Assembly: GCA_001599295.1 (NCBI GenBank)
Contig: BCGN01000004.1
Coordinates: forward strand, 562,138 to 626,137
Direction: 5' to 3'
DNA length: 64,000 nt
DNA from: Sporopachydermia quercuum
Lineage: Eukaryota
The position numbers and the translations under genes are program-made. The notes beneath the pieces are model-generated. The model was not told the origin of the DNA. It saw only the letters and a program-made list of their open reading frames with translations, and made no database searches. This document shows, piece by piece, positions 25,101-35,745 of the stretch; within the stretch, counting starts at the first letter, position 1; each line of letters begins with the position of its first letter.

Positions 25101-27630
25101 ACTTTATAGTTTGAATAACGTCTAACATTTTCAAAGACGAAGCCTGAGTTTGATTTAACATTTATATGCAATATTAACGCACCAACCACTGTGTTGCAGA
25201 AGGTTTAACTTATTTCGGGTATATTGCTCTGTGCTAGGATAACTAAATCCGCGGAGAACCCTCGGAGTTTGTTCGTCAAAATGCAGCAAAGTGAAACAAA
25301 TATAAGTATATTCATCAGAGTAATCTCAAGTTTTTGATAACAGTAATACTATCGGTCTAACTGAAAGTAGTAGAAAAAAGATAAGTATAGCATNCTCAAT
25401 GTTTCGAATGAGTTAAAAACGATAGGATGCTGAATTGAGTATTTACTAGTGTCAAAAATAGATGAGCATCAGATAAGGTTAATTCGAAAACTTGGAATAA
25501 AACAGATGGAATGAAAATAAAATAGGTAGTTTCATTCGGCTCACCAAAATAAGTAAGGAACTAAAAGGCAAACGGGAAAAAATGTAGATGTAATTAAATA
25601 GAACATAATGTTGAACATCAATATTGGTAGCTAACGGTTTTCTTCAGTTCTGATTAGAAACAGTAACGCCGAACGAAAGGGATTACTAAAACCCGTGAAA
25701 AAAAGCTACTTTGCCTTGCTCATAAATCTACCTTTGTTTACTATCTTCTTTCATACAAACTCAGATTTATTAATAATCATATTATAGTTTTCGCCATCTA
25801 TAGCGTACTCAAATAATGCATATGGATCTACTATTCTCCGTGATTATACCAATTTATTTATTATGAACTGCATGTTCTTGTGGCGCTTCTTGGAAAAGTC
25901 GAGATCAAATTTAGATTTACCTAAACAATTTCCTGTCTAATTTATTGATATTTAAATCAGATTTCTAAAAGCTCACGATTATTATACTCCCCAAAGCATC
26001 AATGATGAACTGAATTAGTATAATGATCTTTAGCTGNTCAGCATGGAATATTTCTGGTTCAAATAAAAAACATGTACATAGACTCATTAGTATATATCAG
26101 ACTACTCACTTAAATGATAAGGGAAAGATCAATTTTTTTGAGATCGATTTGATTTTATCCTCTTGCGATATTGATGAATATTAAGGTTGAGTAAGTCTGA
26201 GGGAGAGCAACTAGCATTTACGATTGAAGTATTCAACTTTATAAGCTGAGTGAACGTAAATGATGCAACTGAACCAACGAAACAAGCTTTGAAAGAGTAT
26301 AATTATAAATCAATAAAATCAGTCTCATCATTGTCGCACCCCTAGTGAACCACCATTGAAGTGCTCAATGGATTTTCAGATAAAAACTATTCATGATTAT
26401 AGTATGAAAGGATTTGATTGTCGCTCAGCTATAATAAGATGAGCTACACCCACCAATATNTNTATAATATANATATAATAATTTCTAATAAGCCTACTAA
26501 CATAACTAGGATTTGTAATTTATGTTGTNTAAATAGTTAATAATTATATACATAGAATATATACCATATAACAATATTTATATTCCGATTAAGGTTATAA
26601 TAATACCCGCAGGTAATCACCTTTCGGGTCAATAGTAATGATGAGAATATGCTCTCTTATGCTAACTCTACATTTTACGAGTAGAATAAAGTAGATCAAG
26701 AGTCATCATTGTCATCACAACAATATTCAAATAACTTGGTATGATTTCAGTCGCAGTTTTTAACCAATCACAGCCTATTTTCTACCTTTGTTTCATAGCA
26801 CACTGCCATTACTAAACGATGAACCCTAGCCAATAAAGTAATCTCTAACTTTTAAGAACTTCACTTTTAACGAACTTTCTGAGCTTTGCACCTGAGAGCT
26901 TCTCATGAATTATCGTAAGTTCATTCAATTTGTTCAATTCTCTCCAACATTTCGGCTTTTGGAATCGAATCATCAATTATAATAAAAGACATACGTAAAG
27001 TGACAAGGGTCTATTGATATAAACTAACTCTAACTTCAGGGACCGAATGAAATTTGAAATATTCCCGATCACTTAAGGTTTAGGTTATTCGTAGTTAGCT
27101 TATATCTTATTAAAAATCATATATGTAAGTCGTTATATAAAGTTTACCAATTCCTTAAGGTGCAATATTTTCTATCCTAAAAAGGCAATTTGATAGATGG
27201 GTTTTTCCACTGACTTGTTGCATGAGAGATATGGTTTATTATTAATTTCATATAATTAAACTTTAAGCACAACATCAACTAATGATTCTTATTGATTCAT
27301 TAATTTTAACTACCATCAAAAGTGGAACTTAACTCATCCAAATATTTATGTTTTCAGTATTTTTAACCCATTGTTGCTATATTCAAAATATTGAATGCAT
27401 GTATATATAGCATTTCCCCTCCTTACTCATTTCTTTTTCGCATGAAATTAACAGCTATTTCAATTTGTTCTTCCTTNCTTTCTTAAACATCTGCTTGATA
27501 TATTATTTTCTATTGAGTTTATTCCTCTTTATGAATGATACTTCTTGATTGCTATATTTCAAACAATAAAAAGAACAGCTTTAGTTTCGAGTGAAAGCAT
27601 AATATAGATAATCAGAGGGAGGACGGAACT

Positions 27631-28800
27631 ATGTCAAAAACAGTTGAGACCTCTTCAAATGGTCGTATATCTAAAACAAAACAACCAAAGACAAAGTAAG
27701 TACTGAAAATAAATTAAAAAGACAGATGTATCAATTATAAAATAGAAACCACATTTATTCGTATGAGATAAGCAACATACTAATATAAACTCTTATATAG
27801 ATCACCATCATCTTGGGACCCAAGCGATGATTTTCTTTTAAGACATTTGAAAGAGAAAAAGAAGTTGGGATGGAAAGAGATCGCAACGCATTTTCCTAAC
27901 AGAACATCTAATGCTTGTCAATTTAGATGGAGGAGAATTTCCTCAGGTACACTGAGAAGAAGTGCGTCTGCTGTGCATTTTCTCCCCATTAACAATTTGA
28001 TGCTACCAAACGAACAACACTCGAACAATCTAGTACATCCGCCAACATATAGTTTTCATTCAAATACTCCACCAGAAATGATTCCAACTCACTATGCCCC
28101 AAGTCCACAATTAATGCACCAAACTTACCAACCTCACCAGCACCCTTATGCTCATGCGCATCTTCATCAACATCAACTTCATCCTCAGCCAATGAACCAT
28201 TCCTCATATTTCCCACCATTAGATAATGCGTCTTTTCTTCAGAAGCAATCGATTAGAAAACCAGAAACACCACCAATTAACGGTTTTTCAATTTCAAGTC
28301 ACTTCAGTCCAATGTATTCTCGAACTGTGACTACTCCAGTTTATCAGTTCCCAACGCCACGACCTGAAACTCCTTCATGGTCAGGAGAAGAAGTTGATTT
28401 ACTAGCCAATATGAAATCAGGAAAGCTAAGATTAGAAGAATTAAGTGTTCTTTTACCAAATAGATCAGAAGCTGATATCAAGTCAAAACTATCTACTCTT
28501 GACCTTGATTCAATAAAAAATCCAGCAACATCATCTCCCCAAACAATTGCAACCCCAATGACCACAACGGCAAATTCCCCTATCTCAGAACTGAATTTGA
28601 ATTCTATATACTCAATTAACGAAGAATCAAAACCTTTCATAAACAATTCTAATTACCTTCAAACCCTTCATATGGGCGCTAAATTACTACATGAAAGACC
28701 ACAAATTTTACCAACATTGGATCTATCTCGAAGTTACGTCCCAACTGGGAGGATTGAGCTTCCTCCTTTAAAGAGTATCACAAACTTCTCTATAATGTGA
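27631..28800 (+). CDS. DOT6: Dot6/Tod6-like Myb/SANT transcription factor; exons 27631-27695, 27801-28800
   Basis: Intron GTAAGT (27696)..TACTAAT..TAG (27800) restores KSPSSWDPSDDFLLRHLKEKKKLGWKEIATHFPNRTSNACQFRWRR, the Dot6/Tod6 Myb repeat. A second repeat-like segment WSGEEVDLL...LEELSVLLPNRSEADI follows. Confidence 0.8.
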
Positions 28801-29467
28801 TCATCATTCAAAGATTGAAAAAATGATCACCTGTATTCTATCAATTCTACAAAAAAGTTCTATTTATCTTTTACTTTGAAAAAAAGCAGTCATTCTTTTG
28901 TTTGAGTAGATCAATCTTCCATTTTTTTTTATTTCTTTTTATTCAATGGGTAATTATACAGGCGGCAACATCTCATCTTCTACTTTTAGCTATACAGTCA
29001 ATAAACGTTCTNTAGAATATTCAGCACTCAGCTAAATTGCAATGTAGATAACATATAAAAGAGGTTTTCTTTATCAATAANCTTACCCCTTTACTTACTT
29101 TATTACCATTAATAGGCAAGCAGGTTTATTATAAAACGATAAGTTGGTATATCCTTATTGATCTATCTTTCATTAAAATAGAAAGGGAAAATTTCATTCT
29201 TCCGTACAAAGTTTCAAAATTAATGACTAATTGAAATCTTTTAGTGTACGGAATGTAGAGCCATCTCAATCTGGGGATATCAAACATACATTTGAAATAT
29301 AATCAAACCGGCAATAATGGTCAATTATGTTATTCAACAAAAGACAAAAAAACTAACAATTTGTTACTAGTATTTCTTTAAGATTGTTGGAATAAGTTGT
29401 TCTTTTTCATCTCACGTAGTTCTGCTATTTGTTTCGGTGGCATTCTGTAACTGATATCTGTTTAAAT

Positions 29468-29475
29468 CCGGGTAA
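29468..29475. promoter_or_regulatory. Reb1-type site CCGGGTAA upstream of IBA57
   Basis: Exact motif about 250 bp upstream of the ATG. Confidence 0.45.
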
Positions 29476-29725
29476 ATACATATCTCATATATCCATGCAA
29501 CGACCTCCTTTGTTATGGGAACTATTATCTAGAACGGAATGAAAGACCGGAAATTATAAGGCAGAATCGTTTCCGAAATGTTGGTCTCCAGCATATGGCT
29601 AAATACAATTAGTCATAATCACCAGGATGATCAACAGAANNACAAACTACATCAATTAAGCTGGATTTACATCAAGCTCTTCTGATGAAACAAATAGTCT
29701 TATTATATGGAAGAAAACTAGAAGA

Positions 29726-30955
29726 ATGATTGCCCTGAGAAAAAGTTTAATAAGGCAGAGCTCATTTCACAGCCAAGGACTCACCCGCCGATCAGTGCAT
29801 TGGTTCTCCACAAGTTTAATCAAGAAATGCCCATTCCACGAACAAACGCCCATTAGTTCACCTCCACCATTGGGATATGGAAATCTATCAGAAACAAGAT
29901 CATTGATTCAAGTTGAAGGTAAAGATGCTGTTAAATTTTTGAATGGGCTAACAACCAATGTAGTGCCGGATGGACCAACGGGGAATTTTGCTGCAGTGTT
30001 GAACGCTAAAGGTAGATTGATGTGTGATGTATTTGTTTACCCAATGCTCAATAAACAGAACAGTTTTTATGTTGAATGTGATAAAAGAATCACTATAAGC
30101 CTACTGGGTTTGATGAAAATTCATAGATTAAGATCTGATGTCACTTTGAATTCAATTTCTGAGAAGGAACTTACAATCCATTACATATACAACGAGATCA
30201 ACTCAGACTCAACACAAGATGTGCTACAGAAAATTGCTGATGAAGCAAATCTTCAAGCTGCAGCATTTGATGAAAGGGCACCAGGATTTGGATTAAGAAT
30301 GATTCTGCCCTCTGGTGAGAATATCGATGAAGCAGTTGCCAAGTATACCCCCGTTAACTCGACCCAATTAGCCATTCGCAGATATGTGAATGGCATCCCA
30401 GAAGGTACCGCGGAAATCTCACCTTACCAGACATTACCTATGGAATATTGCTTTGATTTTATGGACGGAATCAATTTTGAGAAAGGATGTTACATTGGAC
30501 AGGAACTTACAATTAGAACAAAACACCGAGGTGTCGTTAGGAAGAGGGTCGCTCCAGTTAGGTTTTTCGATTTCTCATCTACCACAGGTGAAGACCTCGA
30601 CCTCTTATATGATATTGATGATCCTATCACCAAGAGTATAGACTCGAGTAAATATTTCCGAGACTTGAAAATCACATGCGAGATAGAATCTGCATCTGCG
30701 GAAGCATCAAACAGTCCATCTCCTTTTGCTCCGTCACCATTTGGGTCCAGGACTAAAAAATCACAAAATGGGGCCGTAACATCTAATGCAGGAACGGTGA
30801 TTGCTGCTGTTGGAAATGTTGGAATTGCGTTAATTCGGTTAGAACAATTCTCTAGGCCTGGAAAGTTCTACATTGATGTTCCTAACTATGTTGATAACAG
30901 GGTTCAGAGGTTAGGGGTAAAAGGTTTTGCATCATGGTGGTGGCCTGAAGAGTAA
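29726..30955 (+). CDS. IBA57: Mitochondrial Fe-S assembly factor Iba57/Caf17 (GcvT/YgfZ family)
   Basis: Arg/Ser-rich presequence, RSLIQVEGKDAVKFLNGLTTN, signature KGCYIGQELTIRT, GVVRKR. Confidence 0.95.
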   Translation: MIALRKSLIRQSSFHSQGLTRRSVHWFSTSLIKKCPFHEQTPISSPPPLGYGNLSETRSLIQVEGKDAVKFLNGLTTNVVPDGPTGNFAAVLNAKGRLMCDVFVYPMLNKQNSFYVECDKRITISLLGLMKIHRLRSDVTLNSISEKELTIHYIYNEINSDSTQDVLQKIADEANLQAAAFDERAPGFGLRMILPSGENIDEAVAKYTPVNSTQLAIRRYVNGIPEGTAEISPYQTLPMEYCFDFMDGINFEKGCYIGQELTIRTKHRGVVRKRVAPVRFFDFSSTTGEDLDLLYDIDDPITKSIDSSKYFRDLKITCEIESASAEASNSPSPFAPSPFGSRTKKSQNGAVTSNAGTVIAAVGNVGIALIRLEQFSRPGKFYIDVPNYVDNRVQRLGVKGFASWWWPEE

Positions 30956-31284
30956 GAAAGGTATCGGGCTACAGTAAGTAAATTCTGTAAATAGTATATA
31001 ATTCATGATTCATACTGAAAAAATTTAGTTCACTGTAGCGTAGACTACTGTTACAAATCTCTCCCAATATTAAGGAATTAAACCAACCTTAAGACTACAA
31101 ATGTGACAAGACTATAAGATTAATTGATTGCTATTAAAAATCGACAATAAAAGGGCATCAAGCTTGAACATTTAAATATACTAAACATGCATACATATAC
31201 AAACACAAATGAAACAATCAACCGATTCATTTTGTTCAAATTAATAGCAGTCGAAACCAGAAACTCCCCTTCATTATGGTTGAT

Positions 31285-31977
31285 TTAACGGTTGGATTTG
31301 GCAACACGTTCTAACTCATCCTTCTTCTTAATGGCATAAGAGTTGGAAGAACCCTTGGCAGCATTGATCAATTCTTCAGCCAAGCATTCAGAGATGGTCT
31401 TAATGTTTCTGAAAGAAGATTCACGGGCACCAATGGTCAATAAAGCAATAGCTTGGTTAACTCTTCTCAAAGGAGAAACATCAACAGCTTGTCTTCTGAC
31501 GGTACCGGAAGAACCAATTCTAGTGGAGTCTTCTCTTGGACCGGTGTTGATGATAGCATCAACAACAACTTGGAGAGGATTTTGGTCGGTCAATATGTTG
31601 ATGATCTCCAAAGAGTGCTTGACAATTCTGACGGCCTTTAACTTCTTACCGTTATTTCTACCGTTCATCATAAGNGAGTTGGTAAGTCTTTCAATGATAG
31701 GACATTGGGATTTTCTGAATCTCTTGGCAGCATATCTACCAGCAGAGTGTGATGTGAAAACAGGTTGACGGATTTGAATATAGTCTGTTAAAGAGATATC
31801 CTTGACAATGACATCTTCAAAAGTCCACTTGTTGAACAACTTAACAGATCCAGAAGCAGCCTTAACTTCAGCAGGGAAGTAAGTGGCTAATTCAATTTCA
31901 GGAACTTCTTCAACAACTTCTTCTTCTTCTTCAACGAACTCTTGAACTTCTTGAGGTTGTTGTTCTTCTTCAGACAT
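31285..31977 (-). CDS. RPS5: 40S ribosomal protein S5 (uS7), intronless
   Basis: [56 protein letters not shown]. Confidence 0.99.
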   Translation of the reverse strand: MSEEEQQPQEVQEFVEEEEEVVEEVPEIELATYFPAEVKAASGSVKLFNKWTFEDVIVKDISLTDYIQIRQPVFTSHSAGRYAAKRFRKSQCPIIERLTNXLMMNGRNNGKKLKAVRIVKHSLEIINILTDQNPLQVVVDAIINTGPREDSTRIGSSGTVRRQAVDVSPLRRVNQAIALLTIGARESSFRNIKTISECLAEELINAAKGSSNSYAIKKKDELERVAKSNR

Positions 31978-33093
31978 CTTGATGTATTTCTATTGTTATT
32001 CTACTGTAGATATAGCTACCTTGTTGAATCGAATAAGCACAATTTACTCTGAAAAAGTATCAAAACAATTTCAAAATTATAGTACAATTCTATAATAACA
32101 GAAGAAAAGTCTTAGAACATTAAAGGTATCAAATGATTACACAGAGTAAAGGCACATACTATTTCCTAGAGTGATTGGAACTTGCTACTACTGAGCGTGC
32201 TTCCATACAATTATTGAGTTCCAATCTTGAGTCGCTTTGAACTTATATTCACCACTCATAATTTTCAAAAGTGTTTTTTTGCTTTCCGCTTTTGATATAA
32301 GAAGACAGAACCTTTAGAATATATCATCATGAAGTAAAATTAGGTACAGGTAAAGTATATTTCAAACCTCAATAAAATCCTATGATAAGCACGTGATAAA
32401 TGATCATCTTTGTCTTACCTGTTTCTTGATTTAGTTTCCATATTTGAGGCAACCTTATCAAAAATAGAGTTGCTGCTTACCCCACATTATGTCATCGTCT
32501 CCCACGAACTTTATCTCTCCCATTATCTACCAACCATAGAAGATGAAATACTTAGGGTTAAAAAAAAATCCAGTCTAATATCAAGCTACAAGGGAAGTAC
32601 ATACATCTTGAGGAATTAAAACTCATTACTATTGTTCCAAGAAATCTTGCTGATAGACTATAATCTCCGCTTTAGTACATTAATTGGTCATAGTTCTCAG
32701 TATCTTTTAGCATGTGATGAAATGCGGAGAAACAGTATAATTAATCGAAGGGAATGTGATACGAACATTCTTATTTGTTACTCTGAAGGGTTTGTCGCAT
32801 TTATCGTTGAATTCAACAAGTATCCAAGTGTCTATATATATATGTATATACTCATGGATGCTGTAGAGTATATTTATTATCATCATTAATATTATTACTT
32901 ATTTCTTACAATTGACTGTTGTTACGAAAGCAATTGAGATACTATTATTGTCTGGTTTAACATCATTTATCTATTCGATTGTTAGTTCAAGCACTCAGAA
33001 CTTTCTAAAAGAAAGAACAATAAAAGAGACTGAGAAACTTGCAAATACTATAATAGCATTATCTGGCGCTAAAACATTTTTAATTAAAATGAA

Positions 33094-35517
33094 ATGATTG
33101 AAGGGTATGATTCAACAATCTTCAATGAAGGAATAACTTTCTCTAATCAAGAGCTATTGTCTAAGTTACCAATCCCTCCTTTGAAGACTGTCTGTGCAAA
33201 CTATCTTGAAGTACTCAAACCTTTGCAATCAGAAGCTCAACACGCAAGAACAATTGAAGCCGTTGAAACATTTCTGCAAGATGCTGGACCCATTCTAGAC
33301 GCTAAACTGAGGGAATATGCGAAAGACAGATCAAGTTATATTGAACAATTCTGGTATGATTCATACCTTACATTTGATAATCCAGTTGTTCTTAACCTAA
33401 ATCCTTTTTTTCTTATAGAAGATGACCAGACTCCTTGGAAGTCTAGTCAAATATCAAGAGCAGCAGCTCTCACAGTCTCATCCTTAAAATTCATTAGAGC
33501 TTTAAGAAGAGAAGAGTTGGCACCTGATGTTATTAATGGCACCCCTCTTTGTATGACTCAGTACTCTAAACTATTTGGTAGTGCTAGAATACCCACACCA
33601 TCAGGATGTGTGATGCAATCTGATATATCATCAAAGCATATTGTGGTATTATGCAAATCGCAGTTTTATTGGTTTGATGTTCTGGACCAGAAAAATGATC
33701 TGATAATGTCCGAAAAAGATTTAGCTGTTAACTTTCAAACGATCATTAACGATGCAGAGCAAACTCCATTAGATTCTCTGGCCAAAAACTCAGTTGGAGT
33801 ATTGACATCTGAAAGCAGAAATGTTTGGGCTAACCTAAGAGACAAAATTGTAATTGAAGCAGCTATTCAATCAAATGATAAAACCGCTTGTATGAATGCC
33901 GAAAATTTAACTGTAATTGACACAGCTTTGTTTGTACTGTGCTTAGATGACGAAGCACCTGAGGCTCTACCTGAACTTGCTCGCAATATGCTCTGCGGTA
34001 TTTCACGTTTAGAGCGCGGTGTACAAGTCGGTTCATGTACCAATAGATGGTATGACAAATTGCAACTAATAGTAACGAAAAATGCTAAAGCAGGTATCAA
34101 CTTTGAGCATACTGGCATTGATGGTCATACAGTATTAAGATTTGTCTCTGATATATATACAGATTCAATTCTTCGATTTGCCAAATCTATTAATGGCACA
34201 ACTCACTCAATATGGGCAACAAATTCACCTGATCCTTCTAAGCGTGATCCTAATAGTTTTGGAGATGTATCAACAACTCCCAGAAAACTAGAATGGAATA
34301 TTACTCCGGATATTGCGCTAACTCTTCGGTTTGCTGAAACTAGATTAGGTGATCTTATTTGCCAAAATGAATTTGAATGCTTAGAATATGATACGTACGG
34401 GAAAGAGAAAATCAAGGAAATGGGTTATTCTCCCGATGCATTTATTCAAATGGGGTTTCAAGCTGCTTATTACGCATTATATGGCAAAGTTGAATGTACA
34501 TATGAACCAGGGTTAACAAAGAAGTTTCTTCATGGTAGAACAGAATCAATACGTACGGTTTCTGAAGAATCAGTAGAATTTGTAAGGAAGTTCTGTGATG
34601 ACAATTCTGCAATCTTAAAACTGAACGCTTTAACTAAAGCATGTGAAAAACACGTTGAAAGAACAAAAGCATGTTGTAATGGAATGGGACAAGATCGTTG
34701 CCTTTATGCTTTATTATGTATGTGGAAAAGATTGTCAGATGGCTATTTTCGTTCTCTTTATGATAATGATTACTTTGGTATTGAAGATGATCATTATAAT
34801 AGCAACTCTGATAGCGAATCTGATAGTGATTATTCTAGATCACCTAGTTTGAATAGTATGCTTGAAGAGAATGAAATGAAGAGTAGAACTAACAGTGAAG
34901 CTTCTGCTACTCAAGCTGATGACGATGAGTTTCCGTTGGACGTTCTTAATAAAGCTTTCAATAAGTTATCCAATACTGAGAATAGAAAGAAATCTAATGT
35001 TGCTAATGAGACTAATACCAATGAGTTAACCGATACAGCAAAAATTCATAGAGTTGTTCAATCCATTCCTTCTTTATTTGCTGATGAAGGTTGGGATTGC
35101 CTGAACAATAGTATATTATGTACTTCCAATTGCGGTAACCCTTCTCTTAAATTATTTGGCTTTGGCCCTTCTTCTCCCTCTGGATTTGGTTTAGGATATA
35201 TTATCAAAGAAGAGAGTATCACCATATGTGCATCTTCGCGTCATAGACAAACAAGAAGATTCCTTGATACTGTGCAATGGTATCTTGGTGAAGTGTTACA
35301 TTTATGGCAAAAGGTTCACAACTCCGAATGTCAAAAAAGTACTGTCAAATATAAACCAGTTGGCAAGGAGAGTGAGGAAGTTGATGCTAGTTCATACCTT
35401 CTTGGAGGTTATGGTTACTTCGATGTTGGTGACTTATATGCAACAAGATCAGGAACAGCAACACCTGTCCCGCAATCTTTTGATATAGGACGCAAACTCA
35501 GATTAGCTGAATATTGA
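33094..35517 (+). CDS. YAT1: Carnitine O-acetyltransferase, Yat1/FacC type
   Basis: LSKLPIPPL, YIEQFWYDSYL, CTNRWYDKLQLIV, catalytic EHTGIDGH, TSNCGNPSL, GFGP and the C-terminal LLGGYGYFD / IGRKLRLAEY typical of the Yat1/FacC clade. Confidence 0.9.
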   Translation: MIEGYDSTIFNEGITFSNQELLSKLPIPPLKTVCANYLEVLKPLQSEAQHARTIEAVETFLQDAGPILDAKLREYAKDRSSYIEQFWYDSYLTFDNPVVLNLNPFFLIEDDQTPWKSSQISRAAALTVSSLKFIRALRREELAPDVINGTPLCMTQYSKLFGSARIPTPSGCVMQSDISSKHIVVLCKSQFYWFDVLDQKNDLIMSEKDLAVNFQTIINDAEQTPLDSLAKNSVGVLTSESRNVWANLRDKIVIEAAIQSNDKTACMNAENLTVIDTALFVLCLDDEAPEALPELARNMLCGISRLERGVQVGSCTNRWYDKLQLIVTKNAKAGINFEHTGIDGHTVLRFVSDIYTDSILRFAKSINGTTHSIWATNSPDPSKRDPNSFGDVSTTPRKLEWNITPDIALTLRFAETRLGDLICQNEFECLEYDTYGKEKIKEMGYSPDAFIQMGFQAAYYALYGKVECTYEPGLTKKFLHGRTESIRTVSEESVEFVRKFCDDNSAILKLNALTKACEKHVERTKACCNGMGQDRCLYALLCMWKRLSDGYFRSLYDNDYFGIEDDHYNSNSDSESDSDYSRSPSLNSMLEENEMKSRTNSEASATQADDDEFPLDVLNKAFNKLSNTENRKKSNVANETNTNELTDTAKIHRVVQSIPSLFADEGWDCLNNSILCTSNCGNPSLKLFGFGPSSPSGFGLGYIIKEESITICASSRHRQTRRFLDTVQWYLGEVLHLWQKVHNSECQKSTVKYKPVGKESEEVDASSYLLGGYGYFDVGDLYATRSGTATPVPQSFDIGRKLRLAEY

Positions 35518-35745
35518 TATGAATAGTATTAGTATTAGTAGTGGGTTGAGAGGTTGATACTTAGGAATGATTTATGCAAGCAAGTAACATTTATAATAAT
35601 AAAAAATATATATCTAATTTAGTGATAAATCAGCGATTACAGTCAGAATATCTAGATATTGTCATTTATTGAGGCTTCATGTAATGAAGGTTATGTTCAT
35701 ATCACATATAATAATGCTGTCATCAAATGAATAATATATTTTATA

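Noticed and set aside
26450..26605. Point-centromere-like AT-rich block ending in TTCCGA
   Set aside because: No upstream RTCACRTG CDEI at the right spacing, and the CDEIII match is limited to the CCG core.
31343..31768. Antisense ORFs over RPS5, and similar ones over UTP20, RIX1, VAS1 and PGI1
   Set aside because: Shadow frames produced by codon bias of the real genes.
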